A DNA stretch of 64,000 nt from Lingula anatina (lineage: Eukaryota > Animalia > Brachiopoda), in the NCBI GenBank assembly GCA_051362555.1, contig CM120648.1, positions 17,728,587-17,792,586 of the forward strand, given 5' to 3'. Position numbers and translations under genes: made by a program. Numbering within the stretch: position 1 is the first letter of the stretch; every line of letters starts with the position of its first letter. Positions 57,221-64,000 of the stretch are shown here, in pieces. A model generated the notes under the pieces. That model was not told the origin of the DNA. It ran no database searches and saw only the letters and a program-made list of their open reading frames with translations.

Positions 57221-58318
57221 CTAAGGAATCGGTGTGATGGAATAAAGCGTCATATCTGTGCTATCGTTTTCTTGACCGTCACTGGACGGTGATGGTCGGC
57301 TGGGCGACGCCTGACTCAACTTGGCCACCGGAGGAGACGTAGCCTCGTCTTGGCGTTTGGGACAAATCTTCCGCATCATTGCGGTAAACTCCCTCCTCAT
57401 CAGGGGCGCTCCTAGGATGTATATAAAGAAGTTACAAGCATGGTCGATGCCGCTGAGAAGCTTGCAGATATTTGAAACTGCGATCAGTTTTGGGCCGTTG
57501 CCATAGAGATGCGTAAGCAGCAGCATTATCAGATAAGGTAGCTCTAGAATTACGAAGACAAGTCCCGTAGCCGTGAGGGTTACTGTGAGTTTTCTTTCAT
57601 AATCCGTGGTTCTGTGGGAGACTTTCATAGAACTGGACGCTAACGTCGACTTGGCTCTGCTTCGAAAGAAAAACACAATGGTGACAAAGTTGAGCACGAG
57701 GACGAAAACCACAGGTGGCAATTCGAAGATGAGTCTGAATATATTAAACAGCAAATTTCCTAAAGTGTCTTCATTTCTAGTCCAGCAAATCCAAGTGTCG
57801 TCAACTCCGTGAATCTGTGTCACGAAAACAAAGTTGATGGAGACACAAGACGCCATTGTTAGGGCGAAAAAACAGACGGTCGCGCGCGCCTTGGGCACCG
57901 TACATAACGACTTCGCTTTGAAAGGGAAGGTCACCATAATCATTCTCTCCAAAGACACGCAGAATATCATCCAATGCGACAAACCCGTCGAAAAATATCC
58001 AATAAAGTTCATTATTTTACAGTACATGTCGTAGTTATAATGCTGTGGTAGGATCCCAGACCACTCAAGGTACCAACGGAAAATGTCCAAACAGTATAGC
58101 AAGTCTCCAATGGCTAACCCGGTCAGGTAAACTGAAACGGACAAGTCTTTCACAGCAGCTCTGTTCAGAATGATCAGGTTCAAGATATTACCAACGAGGC
58201 CTATGAAAGACGTCGGTACCATTGCCACGCGTGCAAAGGCAAGCAGCTGGGCATAAAGTTCCTCCGCCTCCTCTGACGTATTTTTCTGGTTTGAAAACAC
58301 CGAGACGTTCAACTCCAT
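57221..58318 (-). CDS. Intronless rhodopsin-class GPCR, invertebrate peptide-receptor-like (FMRFamide/sex-peptide receptor-like), ~365 aa
   Basis: Seven hydrophobic segments; GLVGNILN (TM1), YLTGLAIGDL (TM2), C..SLERMIMVTFPF (TM3), ILELP (TM6), NFFIY (TM7); N-terminal NxS/T sites. First in-frame ATG at 58318. Confidence 0.9.
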   Translation of the reverse strand: MELNVSVFSNQKNTSEEAEELYAQLLAFARVAMVPTSFIGLVGNILNLIILNRAAVKDLSVSVYLTGLAIGDLLYCLDIFRWYLEWSGILPQHYNYDMYCKIMNFIGYFSTGLSHWMIFCVSLERMIMVTFPFKAKSLCTVPKARATVCFFALTMASCVSINFVFVTQIHGVDDTWICWTRNEDTLGNLLFNIFRLIFELPPVVFVLVLNFVTIVFFFRSRAKSTLASSSMKVSHRTTDYERKLTVTLTATGLVFVILELPYLIMLLLTHLYGNGPKLIAVSNICKLLSGIDHACNFFIYILGAPLMRREFTAMMRKICPKRQDEATSPPVAKLSQASPSRPSPSSDGQENDSTDMTLYSITPIP

Positions 58319-59403
58319 TATTCCCACGGTTTTATCTTCCTCTCTGTTTTCTCTCAAGTGACCGAAATTCCTTATGTCTTTTTTTTCTCCAACACCTTTC
58401 ACTAATACTCGATTTGTCCAACAGTCGCCTAGTTTTCGTCTACCTTACAATCCAGGACCGACGAAACCCGGCAGGCTACCTGACTCGTAGATTTGACTAA
58501 TCGCACCTTATACCACGGAGCTGTTCTTTTAGTCATCAACTGAAGACTGAAAATGAGATATCTGATAATTCCCAAATGATAACAACGCGTTCTCTTCTTT
58601 CTCTCCCAGGGACGCTCGTACAAGTCGAATCTATTCACGCTGTTTGAGATAGCAAGTTTTGTACTCTTCCTCAAATCCACTACTGTCACATTAATACATT
58701 ATCTGATGCCTTTCTCCGCATCAATTGAGAACGTTTATCTTATGTCCTATTTGTATAATTGCTTCTTGCGCCAACAAGCTCAAATTTAGAACCCTGACAT
58801 GTAGCTAGTCTGTGTTTTCCGCGTCAAAGTTTGTTTTTGTTTCCAAGAACTCACGTGTGGGTGTGCGGCTGTCGTGGCCTGTGGTATGTCACCGCGTCAC
58901 AGAACAGTTCCCATGGGAGCATCCAGGAACATTCTTAAAAGAATTCTAACGTCAACATCAGCGTTCCTCTAATTAGTCTAACACTGATTCATCCATCACA
59001 TTCAACGTGGTAAACCATAACTAAATAATTCCTTGCACGAACGGATACTGTTTCTGTAAACGATGTGTCATTCTTTGCCCTTTAAATGTTAACGGTGTCA
59101 TCACCTACCCTTTCCTCGTGAACGACTGTGACATTCCTAGAACGCTGCTCTCTCTCGTCGTTCCTATATGAACATTACAAGGCTGTCATCAGTACAATTT
59201 CACTGTGCCCATTGCAAACGGCAAATCTTAATTTCCGTAGTTATTTTCAGGTACAATTTAAGGATACAGGACTTTCAATATGCTAAATGTACATTGCTGC
59301 ACACGTGAGAAAACGTCCTTAATATGGACATTCGTGTGAACAAATTTGAAGCTCGAGCTCGAAAACAACTGAGTTTATATATATATATATCTATATATCT
59401 ATA

Positions 59404-59445
<42 letters not shown>

Positions 59446-61002
59446 AACTAATTTACTAAAAAATAAAAATCAATCACTTTACAAGCCGCAGGGAGTAGTT
59501 ATTTCATAGACCTAAATGCATGCACGATCTATTGTAGTTATAAAATGTTTCGCCTGTGTTTTCATATGGTTTGCATACACGTACTTTCTCCCGTTATGCT
59601 GGCAAATATTCATAGAATCCCATAATCACAGAAACCTAGTACATCGTGAAAACAGTCTACTTTGTTAAAATTACTAATACACAATTCCCCCCTTTGTGTC
59701 CTAACTGCGCCTTAAACCTGTATCTCATGTCAAGAACATACCAGATTGTCCTGTTACAAACAGCGTCGCTGCCGAGTTTAACATTAGTAATGCAGCGTGC
59801 GTTCATTTCAAGTGATCCGGAAACGCGTTCTTCCGAGATCACTGCTTATTGTGCATTTAGCTGATTGAATTTGTAATTGGTCTTTGTTTAGCGCGGCCTG
59901 ATGCTTCAAAGCTAAAGCAAGGGCGCTGGAAATGAGTTTACAATGCGGAAAGCAATGTACGTGTGGTACGTCAATGGCTTTCACTTTATTATGCAGCAGT
60001 GACAACATCAGCATGAGATTTTGGAAAAGCGCCCCCCCCCCCCCCCCCCCCCCGATGGCATGTTTGGGGAGAAAAGATTGCAATGTGAGGTATTTTGCAA
60101 CTTAGTTAAGTGTTTGAGAGGAAAATATCGTGAATGCTATCAAAACTTAATATTTTGAAATATTAGCCTACCTGCCCTTTGCCTCTGAACCAATCCTCTA
60201 AAATATCCGTGAACAAATCGTTAACTTTTGATAAATATTATAAAACAATATCTTTCAAAAAAAAAAATGAAAAAAAAAAAGAAAAACGGTACAAAGGTCG
60301 TAATAGCAATGCTAGAAAAATCATCAATCTACTTGTGCCAACATTTATTTCGTTTTCAACTCGGTTGAAAAAAAAAAAAAAACACTCGTCTTTTAGAAAA
60401 CTAAGTGTCTTGTGCGTCTATTTTGTAATTCCCATGACACGAAACAACCAGTCTTCCATTCTCCCTTAACAAATTGACAGACGCTCCGCCAACTCAGATT
60501 GTCATCCATGATTTATCAAAATAGAACGTAGGCATTATTTGCGGCGGTCACGTTCCAAATGCATCATGGGTATTTTCAGGAAGCGTCGCTTTCTACGCAT
60601 GCTTTCACCACTTGCATAAAAGTCTTCAGTCCTAGCCTTAAATTACGATTTTTTCCGGAAGATACATCTCCTCTCCTAAGGTGTCATTCACCAATCACTG
60701 AAGGGAAATTATTCTCAAATATTGCGTGGGGGTCATCCTTTACCTCTGCTGTTTGTTACTTAACAGCGTAACTTACGACTCCTGGGCGGATTTTGATAAC
60801 ATTTTCTGAAGAGATCCAGAATGGGCCAGCCTAGAATCGACCAGGGCGTAGCTGCACTGACTTGAATTCGGAGTGTCTTTACAGTTGCACATTTTTGACA
60901 GTGTACATTTTAACCAGAACACGCACTGCATGGGATGTAATGAATATCATTATATGCCATTAATGATCATGTGCCCACCTAAAAAATTACGGGGCAGATT
61001 AA

Positions 61003-61228
61003 AGCCTAGATTACATTTACACGGGCGACGTGCGATGAAATTTTCCGTGCGATTTTTTTTTATCGTAAGGAGCTACGGGCTACGCCGAGTATGTCTACAT
61101 TACATGGTCTTAAATCCGAAAGATTCCATACGATTTCGCACAGCCACCGTCTACCTCCGCTCGATACGGGAATTGCAGGCAGTATACGTGCACCGTACGG
61201 GCATTGCATTTCAAATGTAATCTAGGTT
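61003..61228. mobile_element. PIF/Harbinger (Tourist-like) MITE
   Basis: TIR AGCCTAGATTACATTT / AAATGTAATCTAGGTT, TAA/TAA TSD. Confidence 0.8.
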
Positions 61229-62507
61229 TAACTGATCACTGTAAAGATCCAGGTAGTCGTAAACGTCCTTATTTATTTGTCCCATTAAAGACCAATAAAA
61301 CTCTAAACAAGCTACAAGATCTTTATTCAGTAAAATAAATAAAAGTAACAAATTGTTTAACATAAGTATACATATATGACTTGAATAAACGCATCCAGTA
61401 AGATTTATAGTTAACATGATAGTGGTATCGATTCTGCTAAAAAGCGCCGCCGACCCAAGAACAGAGAGATGACAACATGATATAATACATGACAACTCAA
61501 TGCATAAGGTGTGTAAGAGATACATCACAAGGAGGCTAGGGGAGCGTGATACCACGAGTGATTAAAAAAAGGCCGAATGGATGTCTCATATATTTTTCTG
61601 CCTTGTGGTGTGCTGGGGAGACAGGAATTGAGGTCCGCTATGGCTGAAAAAAAACGTAATATAAAACGGCATCTATTCCCTTCCTTCCTGACTTATTACA
61701 CCGAGTTATCAATGTATGCGCAATGAATTTGACAATATGAAAACGGAGCAGCTTTTTGCAGTATTGCGGTTAATTGCTGAAAACTGATCGGTGGAACAGC
61801 ATCCACGGCGGTCAAAAATTGGCTTCGTTCTCTCATCTCTCTCTCGCAGTGCATATCCACGTACGCACACATACACACGAGATTCTTTCACACAGACAGG
61901 CAAGCACTTAATCACTCACAAGCGCATAAACACGGAGATAATAACATGCTTATTGCACTAGAATATATTGCAGCCGATTAAATGAATTATGTATAAATAA
62001 GAACAAATAAAAATGAATTAATAAAGTTCCGCTTCCAGGGAATACGCCCGTAGCACCAATCAATGAAACAGATTCCACCAGTTCACTCTTACCCACAAAG
62101 AACCTAAACATATCAATATAAAAGTGACCACAACGTTAGTCGGTTATTCTCACGTTCTCTTTTTAAATTAATATTATCAATTCGTTTGGGGGAAAATTAA
62201 AATAAGACTTCTATATTGGTCTATAATTTTAGACCACCTTTCGGCACAAAGGTTATTTTTTGCGACATCTGCCATCAGACGTTAATTGTTTTACCATAAT
62301 CAAATAACAGAAAAATTGGTTTAGTAAAATTAAAAATTCTAAGGCGTATTGCAATAATTCAACTGGAAAATAATACTCAGTCTATAGCATTTCAACTTAA
62401 CCAATCAACTTTCTGTTCATGCCTTTCAAAACTGTCCTTCTCTTGAATATACGATCTCTTCCAGGTTTGTATTCTAGTGTGTCAAAAATCCTAGCAGTAC
62501 CGTCCTG

Positions 62508-63762
62508 TTACTTGGCGCCATCTTTTGGTGAATGTCTGTGACAGAAGTCTTTACCATGAGTACATGCCAACTTACAGGGTTGACCAGTCTTTGTGGTGCC
62601 AAGACACAGAGGACGGGCTGGGGTGCTGGTGCCACTGATACTGAAATTGAACCAATGTATAAGAATTATGTTTTATTGGTAATCATTCGTTTTACTGTAC
62701 CCTAGGTTCTAGATTTCGGTATTGCCAGCTCGTTCTTGATGTCATAACCCGCATCAGCAATACCGACACTGTAAATCTAACACATGAAAAGGTACAGCGA
62801 GCAAGCTAGCTTTATAGTGCCCTGACACTCAGGGTAGTTTTCTGTGGCTGTCATACAATGTACTCTACTCCACGGCACTGGCAGTAAACTTGAAAGCCGG
62901 AAAGAAATATTGTTGTAAATTTATTCCTTTACTGATCATTAGAACTACTTGGGTCTAGAACACTCTTAGGCTCTTTGTTCTAAACGGTATCATACTAAAA
63001 GTTTCTTAGCACAGATCTCTCATCAAATTTGCCAATATTTTAGCACAATCAAAACTACACTATAGTAAAGAAAATTACCCATCAGTCGCTTGCTAAGACG
63101 TTTTTAGCACAGACGGACCTCGCATAAAGATAACCACGATATTTTAATTTAATCAAAACTACAATATGGTGAACAAAATTACCCGTCAGTCACTTTTAAT
63201 GGCGTCCTACTACGACTCCGTGAACGACGTCGACGGGTTGTAGATCTCCCGTCCAAGGTGTCCAGTAGATGGCGCTTTACCTGACTCACTTCAAGCTGTA
63301 ACGTGACGACACATTTTCTAATAATGAATCTGCAAATAGACTCACTGTGATAACATCAATTTACCTCAAAAAGTTAGAAAAAGTCAACTTGATAAAATAC
63401 GTTGATTTTATTCACAAATGTGCAAATGGAAATTGTTCAAGATAGCTTATTAGAACGTCATATAGCGCTGAAAAATGTCTGAGAATCCGTGCGAGGTGGA
63501 GCTATTACTTTTAAATGATACTGCTGAAAGTATGCGAAACCATTACCATAGCAACTCTGACAACATCAACCTACCAGTCTTGGCGTCTCAGCCGCAGTAA
63601 AGGAGGCTTCCTGGTCAGGCATGGGGGTGGCTGGAAGAACTGAGGGGGTGGCCGGGAGAACTGAGGGGGTGGCCAAAAGGGGTGTAGTCCTCCTGGGGGT
63701 GGATGCCCTACTGGTTCTTGGGGTGTCCAACACACTAGATGTACTGGTGTTCAGGTAATGGT
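62508..63762 (-). CDS. 3' exons of an unknown gene: S/T/P/R-rich region and C-terminal C-x8-C-x9-C-x2-H motif (5' part outside window)
   Basis: Minus exons 63762-63575 (..TPRTSRASTPRR..ATPSVLPATPSVLPATP..), 63280-63183 (VKRHLLDTLDGRSTTRRRSRSRSRTPLKVTD), 62640-62508 (ISGTSTPARPLCLGTTKTGQPCKLACTHGKDFCHRHSPKDGAK*); phases 1/0/2 consistent. Confidence 0.7.
62990..63207 (-). repeat. Degenerate 2-3-copy duplication spanning a splice donor of the unknown gene (period 104)
   Basis: AATCAAAACTACAATATGGTGAACAAAATTACCCGTCAGTCACTT (63151; real donor at 63182) vs AATCAAAACTACACTATAGTAAAGAAAATTACCCATCAGTCGCTT (63047); older partial copy from ~62990. Confidence 0.8.
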
Positions 63763-64000
63763 CTGAAAGATAATTGTAAAAATGTTTTTATCTTATTTTT
63801 TCCTCAACATGCTGACCATGGCAGTTTTAAATATTACTTTAATTTCTTTCTGTAGTTTTCTTTATATAGAACAAATAAAATGGATCAATTTTTTATTTCT
63901 TTAGGTTTTAGCTGAGCATTTGAAACACTGCTTAACTGGATTCTTGGCAGAATTCAAACAAATTGTCCAGTTTCAAAATGTGCAACAAGTGTGTAACAAT

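Noticed and set aside
58319-58402. N-terminal 28-aa extension of the GPCR ORF
   Set aside because: Begins at a non-ATG codon; the first ATG (58318) gives a typical short glycosylated N-terminus.

Overview
AT-rich, intron-rich animal genomic DNA, probably from a marine invertebrate (mollusc-like; not determinable from sequence alone). Exon coordinates were read by hand. Genes, in order: (1) two tandem copies of a small secreted Glu-rich peptide precursor. Copy 2 is complete (3 exons, 93 aa) and has a propeptide resembling the vertebrate vitamin K-dependent gamma-carboxylase recognition sequence. (2) RER1 (+). (3) A PPP1R35-like gene (-), head-to-head with (4) SDHB (+). (5) A decayed ~5.2-kb Kolobok-like DNA transposon. 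(6) A 24-exon secreted protein: signal peptide, CBM14, 20 calcium-binding EGF domains, 3 CBM14 (+). (7) An intronless rhodopsin-class peptide-receptor-like GPCR (-). (8) The 3' end of an unknown gene with a C-terminal CCCH motif (-). There are also many MITEs and a Helentron-like non-autonomous element carrying a ~145-bp satellite. The most striking pattern is that at least nine exon-intron junctions in four unrelated genes have been tandemly duplicated or amplified. They range from 2 degenerate copies to a 31-copy, in-frame 69-bp array of the SDHB exon-5 donor. This suggests a recurrent, splice-site-centred duplication process in this genome.
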